Below are positions 35,402 through 44,973 of a stretch of 64,000 nucleotides of DNA, one piece after another. Position 1 is the first letter of the stretch. Each line of letters begins with the position of its first letter. Origin of the DNA: an uncultured Christensenellaceae bacterium (GTDB taxonomy: Bacteria; Bacillota; Clostridia; Christensenellales; CAG-314). Made by a program: the position numbers and the translations under genes. The notes beneath the pieces were generated by a model. That model saw nothing but the letters and a program-made list of their open reading frames with translations, did no database searches and had not been told where the DNA came from. The DNA lies in NCBI GenBank assembly GCA_910587795.1, contig CAJUNH010000002.1, positions 67,346 through 131,345 of the forward strand. The letters are read 5' to 3'.

Positions 35402-37624
35402 TTATTTTTTGTCCTTACGGCTGCGCATAACGGCGGCAACGGTTTGAAGCAAAAGCGGGATATCTACGGGCTTTGTTAAATGTGCGTCCATTCCGTATTC
35501 CATCGACAGCTTTTTATCGCTTTCAAAAGCGTTTGCAGACAATGCCACAATAGGTACGGCGGCAACGCTCTTATCGGGCAATTCGCGTATCAGTTTGGTT
35601 GCGGTGCGTCCGTCCATTGTGGGCATTTGTACGTCCATAATAATAAGCGCGTATTCGTCGGGTTTTGCCGCCGCCATTTTGTCTACGGCAAAGTTGCCGT
35701 CCATAGCGGTATCTGTTTCAAAGCCTAAGTCCTGCAAAATCTCCGTTTCTATTTCCAAATTGATTTCGTTGTCGTCCACGACCAAAATCTTTTTGCCCGT
35801 AAGCATAGATACCAAATCGTCGGTTGTTTCGCTAAGAGACTCTTGCAAGGAACGCACGCATAAGTTAAGCGTTATAGTAAACTTACTGCCAACTCCGCGT
35901 TTACTTTGAGCTGCAATTTTACCGTCCATCGCGTCTACGTATTTTTTTGCTATCGTAAGACCCAACCCCGTGCCGAATTCGCCGCTTAGGGTTGTATTGC
36001 GGATACGTTCAAACGGCTCGAAGATGTGGGCAAGGTTATCCTCGTCCATACCTATACCGCTATCTTCTACGCTTATTTCGTAAACGGAGTATCCGTTGGG
36101 CAGTTCCTGAGTTTCGCGCGCCGCAACCGCAACCCTGCCGCCGACGTCGGTGTACTTGACCGCATTATTTACAATATGCGTAAGCACCTGAGATACTTTG
36201 TCGGTATCGCACACCACCTTAGAGTGGTTTATACTTTTAACATCCAAAACAAAGTCCATATTTTTGCGGTTTGCGGCAGAAAGATTGTCGTCGTATACTT
36301 TGGTAACGATAGCTACGATATCGCTTTCCTCTTCGTTAAGTTCTATTTCGCTGGATTCGATTTTAGACGCTTCCAAAACCTTGTCTATAAGGTTAAGCAG
36401 CTGCTGACCCGCGCCGTCGATTTTTTCCAAATAGCTCAGCGTTACGTCGTCTTTATTGTGTTTAGCAAGCGCGGTATAACCGAAAATTGCGTTTAACGGC
36501 GTGCGCATATCGTGCGACATATTAGACAAAAACGTATTTTTTGCAATGTTTGCAAGCTTAGCGTTGGACAAAGCTTCTTCCAGCACTTGAGTTTGCTTCA
36601 TATCGCGTTTGATTTCTTCTTCGATATTCCGCGCGCCCCATACAACCTGCGATACGTGATTGTCGCTGCCGACGTTTACGATACGCAACTGCATATGAAT
36701 TACGATATCGTCCTCTATCTCGCGGTAATTTATGTAATACGTTTTGTTTTCGGCAAGCTGACGGCGCATATATCCAACGTCCGTTTCCTTAGCGACAACT
36801 TCCCTGTCCTCAGGATGAACCTTTGTGCGGATATAACGCATTACGTACGCGCGGTATTCGCGCGGTTGATACATTTTTTCAAATTCCGTTTCGGAATTAT
36901 CGTTAACGCGGTACGGCAAAACCTTATTAGAATCTAAATCTATGTACAAAATCGTATCGTAGTTTACGCTTAAACCTTCGATTACTTCCAAACGGCGCAG
37001 ATGTTCCTGATTGACCAAACGGCGTTCGCGGTTATATTTATCGATAAGATTTTGTATCTTACGTTCCTTTTCGTTAAGCATTTCCGCGGCTTCGTCCAAA
37101 CGGCGTGTTTTTTCTTCCGAAACGTCGTTTATAAACACATAGAAGATATCGCCCACTTTTTCGCTATGGAAACATCTGCCGTAATTTTCCACCCAACGCA
37201 CAACTCCGTCCTTACGGCGTATACGGTATTCCACATAATCCAAATTTTCGTCGCTGTCGCCTAGATGCTTTTTAATGCTCATTTCGACGGAAACAAGATC
37301 CCGCGGATGGACGATTCCTTTAAAAGAGTTGCCTGTATACTCTCTAAACTCTTTCAGCGTTTTGCAGCAAAACAGTTTTATCAATGCGCGGTTGGCATAC
37401 AAAATTTCTTCGTTGCCGTTTGCGCGGTATATAAGAAAACCTCCCGGAAGTTCGTCCATAAAATTGATAAACTCCGTAACCGCCTCGACATATTTTTTGT
37501 CTACCTTAGCGGCGGCGCTTAGCGATATATTGTCAAAATCGAACAAATCTCCGTCGCCGTTAGACACGCTGTTAAGATAACCGAGTACGTTTTCGATAAT
37601 GTTTCCTTGTTTGTTAATAGGCAT
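35402..37624 (-). CDS. Cytoplasmic hybrid sensor histidine kinase (PAS + second sensory region + HisKA + HATPase_c + receiver)
   Basis: H-box SNMSHDMRTPLNAIFGY, N-box HIVNNAVKYT, G-boxes DSGIGM and GTGLGL. Receiver motifs ILVVDDNEINLEI, IIMDVQMPTMDG and LTKP. No TM helices. Confidence 0.9.
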   Translation of the reverse strand: MPINKQGNIIENVLGYLNSVSNGDGDLFDFDNISLSAAAKVDKKYVEAVTEFINFMDELPGGFLIYRANGNEEILYANRALIKLFCCKTLKEFREYTGNSFKGIVHPRDLVSVEMSIKKHLGDSDENLDYVEYRIRRKDGVVRWVENYGRCFHSEKVGDIFYVFINDVSEEKTRRLDEAAEMLNEKERKIQNLIDKYNRERRLVNQEHLRRLEVIEGLSVNYDTILYIDLDSNKVLPYRVNDNSETEFEKMYQPREYRAYVMRYIRTKVHPEDREVVAKETDVGYMRRQLAENKTYYINYREIEDDIVIHMQLRIVNVGSDNHVSQVVWGARNIEEEIKRDMKQTQVLEEALSNAKLANIAKNTFLSNMSHDMRTPLNAIFGYTALAKHNKDDVTLSYLEKIDGAGQQLLNLIDKVLEASKIESSEIELNEEESDIVAIVTKVYDDNLSAANRKNMDFVLDVKSINHSKVVCDTDKVSQVLTHIVNNAVKYTDVGGRVAVAARETQELPNGYSVYEISVEDSGIGMDEDNLAHIFEPFERIRNTTLSGEFGTGLGLTIAKKYVDAMDGKIAAQSKRGVGSKFTITLNLCVRSLQESLSETTDDLVSMLTGKKILVVDDNEINLEIETEILQDLGFETDTAMDGNFAVDKMAAAKPDEYALIIMDVQMPTMDGRTATKLIRELPDKSVAAVPIVALSANAFESDKKLSMEYGMDAHLTKPVDIPLLLQTVAAVMRSRKDKK

Positions 37625-37886
37625 AAGGCGATACCTCTTTGTTATTTGTTAATAAGATTGTAATATATATGCGGTATTCTTGTCAATGTATGTTTGGCAC
37701 ATTTTTTGCTTTTTATAATGTTAAATTTATCAACTCAATGCAACTCAATATACATTTTTGCGCGGCACAACGCAATAGCGAACGGTAAGCGGCGGCTAAT
37801 TGCTGTTAAGAACGCCGCCTGTAATTATACCAATCAATAAGTATTGTTATTGCTTTTTTGACATAAACTATACGTGAGAGGTATAT

Positions 37887-38585
37887 ATGCGAAAACTGGC
37901 AGAAAAAGTGGCACTTATAGCGCAAATTTGCATTACGCTCGTATTTGCGATAACCACGCTAATAAATTTAACAACTATAATAAACCCTGACGGCGGTTAC
38001 GAAAACGGAAACGCCGCGGCGCCAACGGTATGGCAGGAAAACAGCGTACTGACGTCTCTTATGCTGGTTCTGTTTATTGCATACCTGGGCTTATCCGCCT
38101 ATATGATTTATGCAAACTTTGCCGAAAGGGAAAATTTAAAACGAGTATTGCTGTTTTGCGACAGCGAAAGCGCAACGCGTACCAACGTAAAAGTAGTAAA
38201 CAAAATTATTAACGGCTGTGCAAAGCAGGCGGAAGGCATTACAGTAAAAAAGATTCGCGTACGCGAAGGAACAAACAAAGGATTTAACCTTAACTTAAAA
38301 GTCCACGTAAACGCGGACGACGTTTCGCAAACCATAGACACGTTTAGATGTTTGCTTACCGACTGTTTCGACAGCATTTTGGGGCTGAAATTTACGGAGA
38401 TTAACTTTGAGGTGGCAAAACTCAACACACGGTACGCCCCAAACGTGGTTAAGGCGGAACAGCAAGCGGACAAACTGGGCGGACAAAGAGAGGTTGTGGA
38501 CGAAATATATAACGAACCTATCGACAATAACGTTGCCCTGCCTGCCGACACAAACGACGCGGAACAAAAAGGCGACGTACAGTAA
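37887..38585 (+). CDS. Membrane protein of unknown function (232 aa). The C-terminal part is faintly reminiscent of Asp23/AmaP-type alkaline-shock proteins
   Basis: GAGAGG RBS and two N-terminal TM helices. The family assignment is only an impression from the ...ITVKKIRVREG...LNLKVHVNADDVSQ... segment. Confidence 0.55.
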   Translation: MRKLAEKVALIAQICITLVFAITTLINLTTIINPDGGYENGNAAAPTVWQENSVLTSLMLVLFIAYLGLSAYMIYANFAERENLKRVLLFCDSESATRTNVKVVNKIINGCAKQAEGITVKKIRVREGTNKGFNLNLKVHVNADDVSQTIDTFRCLLTDCFDSILGLKFTEINFEVAKLNTRYAPNVVKAEQQADKLGGQREVVDEIYNEPIDNNVALPADTNDAEQKGDVQ

Positions 38586-38762
38586 AACCTTAATAAAAGG
38601 CCTTACCTCGGCATTCCCGTAAAATATAATTTTAAAAATACAAAACGCCTCTTTACAGACGTCTGCTGCAAAAGGGCGTTTTTAATTTTATTTATAAATT
38701 AAGCGAAAGCAATAAACACTAATATATTTTTATAATTAAAAGTAAAGTTTCTTTAAATAAAA

Positions 38763-38839
38763 GAGAACAACCTCTGCTTTGATGCGAACCTCAAAAGCTA
38801 GACACTTTTGTAGGTGCATTTCACTTTGCGGTTATCCTC
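38763..38839 (-). repeat. Long-hairpin element copy A (conserved 40-nt core + T-rich tail); acts as a bidirectional terminator between convergent genes
   Basis: Closing stem GAGGATAACC/GGTTGTTCTC encloses the core AGTGAAATGCACCTACAAAAGTGTCTAGCTTTTGAGGTTC (minus strand), followed by TTTTATTT. It starts 7 nt after the tadA stop. Confidence 0.7.
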
Positions 38840-38846
38840 TTTAATT

Positions 38847-39311
38847 TTAACTTTTAGTATTTCTCTTAGACTTAAAATATTCGGTCAAAATCTGCGAGCA
38901 TTCGCCGTCTAAAATTCCGCCGCGTATTAAAAGCTCGTGGTTTAACGTGCGCCCCACCATTTCCGCAATAGGAACACATCCGTTACCGCTGACGTCGTAC
39001 GCACCGAAGTACAAATTAGATATTCGCGCATTGTAGCACGCACCAAGACACATAACGCAAGGTTCCAGCGTTACGTACAAATCGCAGCCCGTAAGCCGCC
39101 AGTCGTTAAGTTTACGGCAAGCGCGCCGTATTGCCGTAAGTTCCGCGTGTTCCGCGGCATTGCGCGATTTATTGCGGGCGTTGCGGGCGCGTGCAATCAC
39201 TGCGCCGTCTTTTACCACCACTGCGCCTATCGGCACCTCGTCGTACCTTTGCGCAATCCGCGCTTGCTTTAACGCCTCGCGCATAAATTTTTCCCGTTCC
39301 GTTGCTGCCAT
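38847..39311 (-). CDS. tadA: tRNA-specific adenosine deaminase
   Basis: CDA zinc motifs HAELTAIR and LEPCVMCLGA. 154 aa. Its ATG shares a base with the GH2 stop (TAATG). Confidence 0.9.
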   Translation of the reverse strand: MAATEREKFMREALKQARIAQRYDEVPIGAVVVKDGAVIARARNARNKSRNAAEHAELTAIRRACRKLNDWRLTGCDLYVTLEPCVMCLGACYNARISNLYFGAYDVSGNGCVPIAEMVGRTLNHELLIRGGILDGECSQILTEYFKSKRNTKS

Positions 39312-41044
39312 TATAATTTGATTTTTTTATTTAATTCCCTGATCATATCGGGATCTGCCTTTAAAATTTTTCTGTCGTACGTGTACAAACCGTTTACTTC
39401 GTCCTCCACGTCGCTTACCTGCGTGTATACCGCTGCCGACAAACCTTTGTCTATCCAGTTGATTACGTCGCGTTGATACAGTTGGTAAATACCGTCGTTA
39501 AACGCGTCTAGACTGTCAAACCTTTTGTAACTGAAAGTACGGTCGGGATTAAAACTGTGAGCCGTATCCTTATAGCTGTAACCGCCGAACTCCGTAAGAC
39601 ACACGGCGCGGTTTTTGTCCTTGTTTAAATGCACCTTTTTAAAATAAACGTGCATACTGTTGATATCGCCGCCCCCCTGATCGTGCCATCCGCTGGCGTG
39701 GTCGACGGTACGGGTCGGGTCGATATCTCGGGTTAAAGCTGCAATTTTGTTTGCGTCGAATTGCCCCCAGGCTTCGTTAAACGGCACCCACATAGCAATA
39801 CTGACGCAATTATAAAGCTGATCTAACATCTCGGTGTATTCGGCGACAAACGTATCGCGGCTTTGCTCGCTCTTGCGGGAAAACCTTGCGTAATTGCTGT
39901 CCTTTAAGCGATTTACGCCGATATTAGGCAAAATCAACGTAACCCATTTATGCTGTTTTGTTCCGCCGCTGGGCATATCCTGCCAAACAAGCATGCCAAG
40001 TCTGTCGCAATGATAATACCAGCGCATAGGCTCCACCTTAATATGTTTACGCAGCATATTAAAGCCTAAATCTTTCATTGCTTTTATGTCGAAAGCCAAC
40101 GCCTCGTCGCTGGGTGCGGTATAAAGTCCGTCGCTGTAATAGCCTTGATCCAACAGTCCGTTGTGAAAATACGGCGCGTTATTTAACATTAAACGGTGAT
40201 ATCTGCCCGCTTTTTCGCAAGCAAACTTACGCATACCGAAATAACTTTTAACTGCGTCCCTGCGGGAAATAATCTTTAAATCGTACAGAAACGGATCTTC
40301 GGGAGACCAAAGCCTAAACGCCTCGTTGGGAAAGATCAGTTTAATAGCCCCCTTTCCGTCGGCGCGGATAATCTCCTTATCGCCGTCCAGCACTTTTACG
40401 GTGACAGGTTCGTCAAAGTTTGTCATTGCTTCCACAGTGACCGACGCGTCGTCTATATTAGGAGTAATGCGCAAACCCTGAATATACTGTGCGGGGACGC
40501 TTTCCAACCATACCGTTTGCCAAATTCCGCTTTGCGGAGTGTACCACATACCGCCGCGCTTTAAAGACTGTTTTCCGTTGGCGTAGTACTTTGTATCGGT
40601 ATAGTCGCGTACTTTTACAATCAACTCGTTTGTTTCGGCAAGAGCTTGGGTTATATCCACGCTGAAAGCGTTGTAACCTCCTTCGTGACGGCATAAGTGC
40701 ATTTTGTTAACGTATACGTCGCAAATGCAATCCACCGCGCCGAAATTAAGCAGAACAACGTCTTTTACAAAACTTTTAGCCAGCGAAAAGTTTGTACGGT
40801 AGTACAAAAATTCGTTGGGTTTAAGCACGCGGTTTACGCCCGACAGCGTTGTTTCGGGCGAAAACGGCACTAAAATTTTGCCGTCAAATTTTGTGGGGAT
40901 ATCGTCGCGCTTGGTTATTGCGTATTCCCACCATCCGTTAAGATTTACGTAACTGTTACGCACAAATTGCGGACGGGGATATTCCTGCAAAGGTTTATCC
41001 GTTATTTTTTCGCCCCATACGGTTGTAAGTTGCTGCAATGCCAT
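39311..41044 (-). CDS. Glycoside hydrolase family 2 (beta-galactosidase/beta-glucuronidase-like)
   Basis: GH2-type N-terminal sugar-binding region (YPRPQFVRNSYVNLNGWWEY), TIM-barrel segment NMLRKHIKVEP...LGMLVWQDMP and acid/base region WVPFNEAWG. I moved the start to ATG 41044 (GGAGG 8 nt upstream); the track's 41053 start is a GTG inside the RBS. Confidence 0.8.
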   Translation of the reverse strand: MALQQLTTVWGEKITDKPLQEYPRPQFVRNSYVNLNGWWEYAITKRDDIPTKFDGKILVPFSPETTLSGVNRVLKPNEFLYYRTNFSLAKSFVKDVVLLNFGAVDCICDVYVNKMHLCRHEGGYNAFSVDITQALAETNELIVKVRDYTDTKYYANGKQSLKRGGMWYTPQSGIWQTVWLESVPAQYIQGLRITPNIDDASVTVEAMTNFDEPVTVKVLDGDKEIIRADGKGAIKLIFPNEAFRLWSPEDPFLYDLKIISRRDAVKSYFGMRKFACEKAGRYHRLMLNNAPYFHNGLLDQGYYSDGLYTAPSDEALAFDIKAMKDLGFNMLRKHIKVEPMRWYYHCDRLGMLVWQDMPSGGTKQHKWVTLILPNIGVNRLKDSNYARFSRKSEQSRDTFVAEYTEMLDQLYNCVSIAMWVPFNEAWGQFDANKIAALTRDIDPTRTVDHASGWHDQGGGDINSMHVYFKKVHLNKDKNRAVCLTEFGGYSYKDTAHSFNPDRTFSYKRFDSLDAFNDGIYQLYQRDVINWIDKGLSAAVYTQVSDVEDEVNGLYTYDRKILKADPDMIRELNKKIKL

Positions 41045-41339
41045 AATATGCACCTCCGCTTGCCTGCAAAATACCGCGATAATAGCTTAACAAGCGCAGA
41101 CGCAGTACTTTGTTACGATATATTTTAACACAAGTTTTTAATAATGTAAACAGTAACGCGGAAACAGATTGACGTCAGCTTACAAATAAACTCGTGTTCC
41201 TCAAAAAACTTTTATAATCATTAAACGATTTATTTTATTAAAAAACTCGCTGATTTTTAACGCTGCGTTTTAAACCGCATATGCATTTTATAATCGCAAC
41301 AACTTTACAAAATATTTTCCGTAGAAATTCTGCTAATAT

Positions 41340-41382
41340 AAAAAGTCCTTTCTCGGCTTTATCTGCAAGAAAGGACGTTTTT
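41340..41382 (-). terminator. Rho-independent terminator after the ABC ATPase gene (bidirectional shape)
   Basis: 9-bp stem GTCCTTTCT/AGAAAGGAC flanked by an A-run and a T-run. Confidence 0.8.
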
Positions 41383-41400
41383 ATTCAAGTTATTGCAATC

Positions 41401-42990
41401 TTACTTTTTTGCTTTGGCAGTCGTTTTGGCGGTTGAGGTTTTTGCCGTTGTTTTTTTAACGGGAGTTTTTTTCTCTGCGGCGGAAGCCGTCTTTTCCTTA
41501 CTTGCCGCTTTTTCCTCTCCGGCAACGGTTACGCTGCCGATGGCAATGCGCTTTGCAGACGCTTTATCAAACAGTATAATTCCCTTGCCGACAATTTCGT
41601 AATGCAAATCGCTGTTTACGGGATAGTCCACGCCGCCGAATACGACTGCGGTTAAGATATCCTTACCGATAACCAGTTTGACGGTCGTTTCCATACCGGT
41701 AGGCAGCGTAGCGTAAACTTTACCTACCATACTGCCCTGTTCCACGCGTAAAAATTCCGGACGGACGCCTACCACGACAGGTATTTCGCCTTCCCCTTCG
41801 ATTGCATCGTTTGAATGGAAAGTAAACTTTGCGCCCAACACATCTAATTCTGCGGCAGCGCCGTTTATTTTAGCGGTACCGTTAATAAAGTTCATTGTAG
41901 GATTGCCTACAAAGTCCGCAACAAACAAATTGTTGGGGTAGTTGTATGTGTCGAGAGGGGGATCGTACTGTTGAAGATGACCCATACTCATAAGGCAAAC
42001 CTTCGTTGCCAAAGTCATGGCTTCCAACTGGTCGTGAGTAACGTATACAAAGGTAGAATCGGTTTCGGCGTGCAGACGTTTAAGTTCGGTACGCATTTCC
42101 AAACGCAGTTTTGCGTCCAAGTTACTTAACGGTTCGTCCATAAACAGCACTTTGGGACTGGTTGCAAGGGTACGCGCAATAGCCACGCGCTGCTGCTGTC
42201 CGCCCGAAAGTTCGGCAGGATAACGGTGCATAAATATACCGATTTTAAGTATACGCGCCACTCTGCGGACTTCTATGTCCATTTCTTCTTTGCACAGTTT
42301 GCGTTCCTTTTCCACTACCGCGCCGTCTTTGACGTACTCAAACTTTTCGTTAAGTTCCATACCGTCTTTCGCAGCTGCCGCCTTAGCGCTTTCGATAGTC
42401 GCTTTTAAGTCGTCTACGGCTTTTGCAACTACTTCTTCCGGGTTCGGAACGGTATGTAAGTTGTAGCCGTAAACCTTTTTTGCAGTATACATAGAAATTG
42501 TATAACTGTCTATAAGATCAAGCATCAAGGCTTTTGAATCGAACTTACCTTCGTCGTCCTTTGCGGAATTAACTTTTTCTACAATTTCCCGCCAATTATC
42601 CAACAGTTCGATAATGCGAGCGGCAACGCGTGCCTCGTGCGCGACAACGGGCTTTTTTTCTTTAACGTTTTCCAAACCGAAATGTATGTTTTGGTAAACG
42701 GTCATATGCGGCCACAAAGCGTAGTTTTGAAACAGGAAACCGATATCGCGCTTGCCGGGAGCAACGCTGATACCTTTTTCGCTGTCAAATACTACGGTAT
42801 CGCCGATTGTAATACGTCCCTCGGTGGGAGTTTCCAAACCGGCAATCATACGCAGCGTAGTGGTTTTACCGCAGCCGGACGGACCTAATAACGTTACAAA
42901 GTCGCGGTCTTCGATTACCATATTAAGATCTTCTACCGCAACAAATTTATCAAATCTTTTTGTTACATGCTCTAATACAATTTTTGGCAT
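41401..42990 (-). CDS. ABC importer ATP-binding protein (MalK/UgpC/FbpC-like with TOBE-type C-domain), carrying an insertion of about 120 aa and a Lys/Thr/Ala-rich tail
   Basis: Walker A GPSGCGKT, Q-loop FLFQNY, LSGGQQQRVAIARTL, LFMDEPLSNLD, VTHDQ. The Q-loop to signature distance is about 173 aa (about 52 in MalK). Tail ...KKTPVKKTTAKTSTAKTTAKAKK. Confidence 0.85.
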   Translation of the reverse strand: MPKIVLEHVTKRFDKFVAVEDLNMVIEDRDFVTLLGPSGCGKTTTLRMIAGLETPTEGRITIGDTVVFDSEKGISVAPGKRDIGFLFQNYALWPHMTVYQNIHFGLENVKEKKPVVAHEARVAARIIELLDNWREIVEKVNSAKDDEGKFDSKALMLDLIDSYTISMYTAKKVYGYNLHTVPNPEEVVAKAVDDLKATIESAKAAAAKDGMELNEKFEYVKDGAVVEKERKLCKEEMDIEVRRVARILKIGIFMHRYPAELSGGQQQRVAIARTLATSPKVLFMDEPLSNLDAKLRLEMRTELKRLHAETDSTFVYVTHDQLEAMTLATKVCLMSMGHLQQYDPPLDTYNYPNNLFVADFVGNPTMNFINGTAKINGAAAELDVLGAKFTFHSNDAIEGEGEIPVVVGVRPEFLRVEQGSMVGKVYATLPTGMETTVKLVIGKDILTAVVFGGVDYPVNSDLHYEIVGKGIILFDKASAKRIAIGSVTVAGEEKAASKEKTASAAEKKTPVKKTTAKTSTAKTTAKAKK

Positions 42991-43020
42991 AATTATAATC
43001 TCCTAATTGTCAGTGTGGTT

Positions 43021-44898
43021 TTAACCGCCTACGCCCTTATCGATCGACGCGCCGGTAAGTTTATTCGCGGCAAAGTTGATTATAAGAACGGTAACGATAA
43101 TCAACAAGTTTAACGCGTTTGCAGACTGTGTCCACCAAGCCGTCCACTCATCGAGCAACGTTGCGAGTAATTGCGTTCCGGGAGCGACCAATAAAACGAA
43201 CAGCGACAATTCTCTCATACAAGACGTAAAAGGAAGCAGATATCCCGACATAAACGTCGATTTTTGTATGGGGAAAATAATGCGTACCATACGTTTCCAC
43301 CAAGGAACGTTCATCATTACCGCCGCTTCCTCTATTTCTCCGCTTAACTGTAACATCGCGTTTATACCGCTGCGCGAAGCAAACGGCAAGTATTTAACCG
43401 CGCCTACAAGGACAAGTATTAGGAAGGAATTTGTCAAGCCGAAGGTTGTTGCCATTGTTAAGAAAGCTCCGCCCAATGCCAGCGACGGTAACAGGTACGG
43501 CACAAACGCCAACGTATCTACAGATTTTGAAAGCACGCTTCCGCGCCGTTTTGCAACCGCATAACCGATTAGAATACCGCTTGTACCGGCTATTATCGCG
43601 CACAACACGGACAGCAGCAAACTGTTACCGAAAGCGCTCCAAATTTTATCTTCGAAGAACAAGCCTTTCAACCCGTTTTCCGAACCCGTCATTTCGCGCG
43701 AAATCCAATAATCCAACGTCATTTGACTGTAATCGCCGGGGTGTACGCAGCAGGATTCCAAAGCGAAGGTTACTAACGGCATTACCGCAAAGAATAGGCT
43801 TAAAAAACAAATTACAATACAGGCGGCCCATTTGCCCCATTTAAGATCGATATAGGAAATCTGTCCCGATTTGCCTGATACCGTCGTAAAGGACTTACGC
43901 TTGCCTGTAATATATTGGTTAACCATCAATATTGCAATACCGAAGATAATCATTACCAAGCCCATAATATAGCTTTGTCCGTACAGCTGTTTACCGATAA
44001 AGCTCTTCATGTACGTTGTAATAAAATATCTTACGCTTCCGTCGCCGGTTGTACCCGCCAAATATCTGGGTACGGCATATGCGCTCATACTGCTGGAAAA
44101 TACCAACAAAAACGTTGATACCAATGCGGGAAGCACGATAGGAATCGTAATTCTTCTAATAATTTTTGCTCGGTTCGCCTTTAATACGGTTGCCGCTTCT
44201 TCCAAGTTTGCGTCCATATTACGTAAAGTACCGCCGATAAGGATATACGCGAAAGGCGCGTAATGCAATCCTAAAACGATAGCGCAGGGAATAACTCCGT
44301 AAACAAAACCTTCGGAAACTTTTATTCCAAGCAAATTGTACATCATTCCGCCCGTACCCGTGCCGATATCGGGGTTTTGCCAAAAGTTTTGCCAAAACGT
44401 AGCCAACGTCCAACTGGGCATTATGTACGGAAAGATAAAAACGGTAGAGATGATTTTTTTACCCTTCATATTTGTACGGGTAATAAAAAACGCCACTACG
44501 CCGCCATATATAATAGCAATTATGCTTGCCAGCATTGCCATTAAAACCTGCCTGCCGAGCGGAGTCCAAAAGTACATATCCGCGTAATCGGAAACAATTA
44601 GACGATTCCACCATTTGGTAGTAAAAGAACCTACGGGTTTGCCGGGGTCATAGATACCTTCCGACGGGGAATTTATCATAAACGTTTCCACAATCATTGT
44701 GAATAACGGATAAAAAATCAAAAATGCCAACGCCAATGCAAACACAACCAAAATAACGTTTGCCGGACTGGAAAAAAATCTTTTTGTGGTATACCACATT
44801 TTTTGACCTGCTGTGGCTTTACGTTCAAAACCACCGTCTAAAATTTCATTTGGAATCTGCGGAATATCGTTTTTAGGAGAATTTTTTTCTTTTTTCAT
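43021..44898 (-). CDS. Fused ABC importer permease (625 aa, two tandem type-1 transmembrane domains, about 12 TM helices)
   Basis: AGGAGG RBS. Two internally similar halves, each with a multi-TM core. Positioned between the binding-protein and ATPase genes. Confidence 0.8.
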   Translation of the reverse strand: MKKEKNSPKNDIPQIPNEILDGGFERKATAGQKMWYTTKRFFSSPANVILVVFALALAFLIFYPLFTMIVETFMINSPSEGIYDPGKPVGSFTTKWWNRLIVSDYADMYFWTPLGRQVLMAMLASIIAIIYGGVVAFFITRTNMKGKKIISTVFIFPYIMPSWTLATFWQNFWQNPDIGTGTGGMMYNLLGIKVSEGFVYGVIPCAIVLGLHYAPFAYILIGGTLRNMDANLEEAATVLKANRAKIIRRITIPIVLPALVSTFLLVFSSSMSAYAVPRYLAGTTGDGSVRYFITTYMKSFIGKQLYGQSYIMGLVMIIFGIAILMVNQYITGKRKSFTTVSGKSGQISYIDLKWGKWAACIVICFLSLFFAVMPLVTFALESCCVHPGDYSQMTLDYWISREMTGSENGLKGLFFEDKIWSAFGNSLLLSVLCAIIAGTSGILIGYAVAKRRGSVLSKSVDTLAFVPYLLPSLALGGAFLTMATTFGLTNSFLILVLVGAVKYLPFASRSGINAMLQLSGEIEEAAVMMNVPWWKRMVRIIFPIQKSTFMSGYLLPFTSCMRELSLFVLLVAPGTQLLATLLDEWTAWWTQSANALNLLIIVTVLIINFAANKLTGASIDKGVGG

Positions 44899-44973
44899 TC
44901 TTTTCCTCCTTTTAAAAATATCGGGGGAGCGGGACTGTCTCGCTCCCCCTGGTTTTATACAACTTAATTTTTC

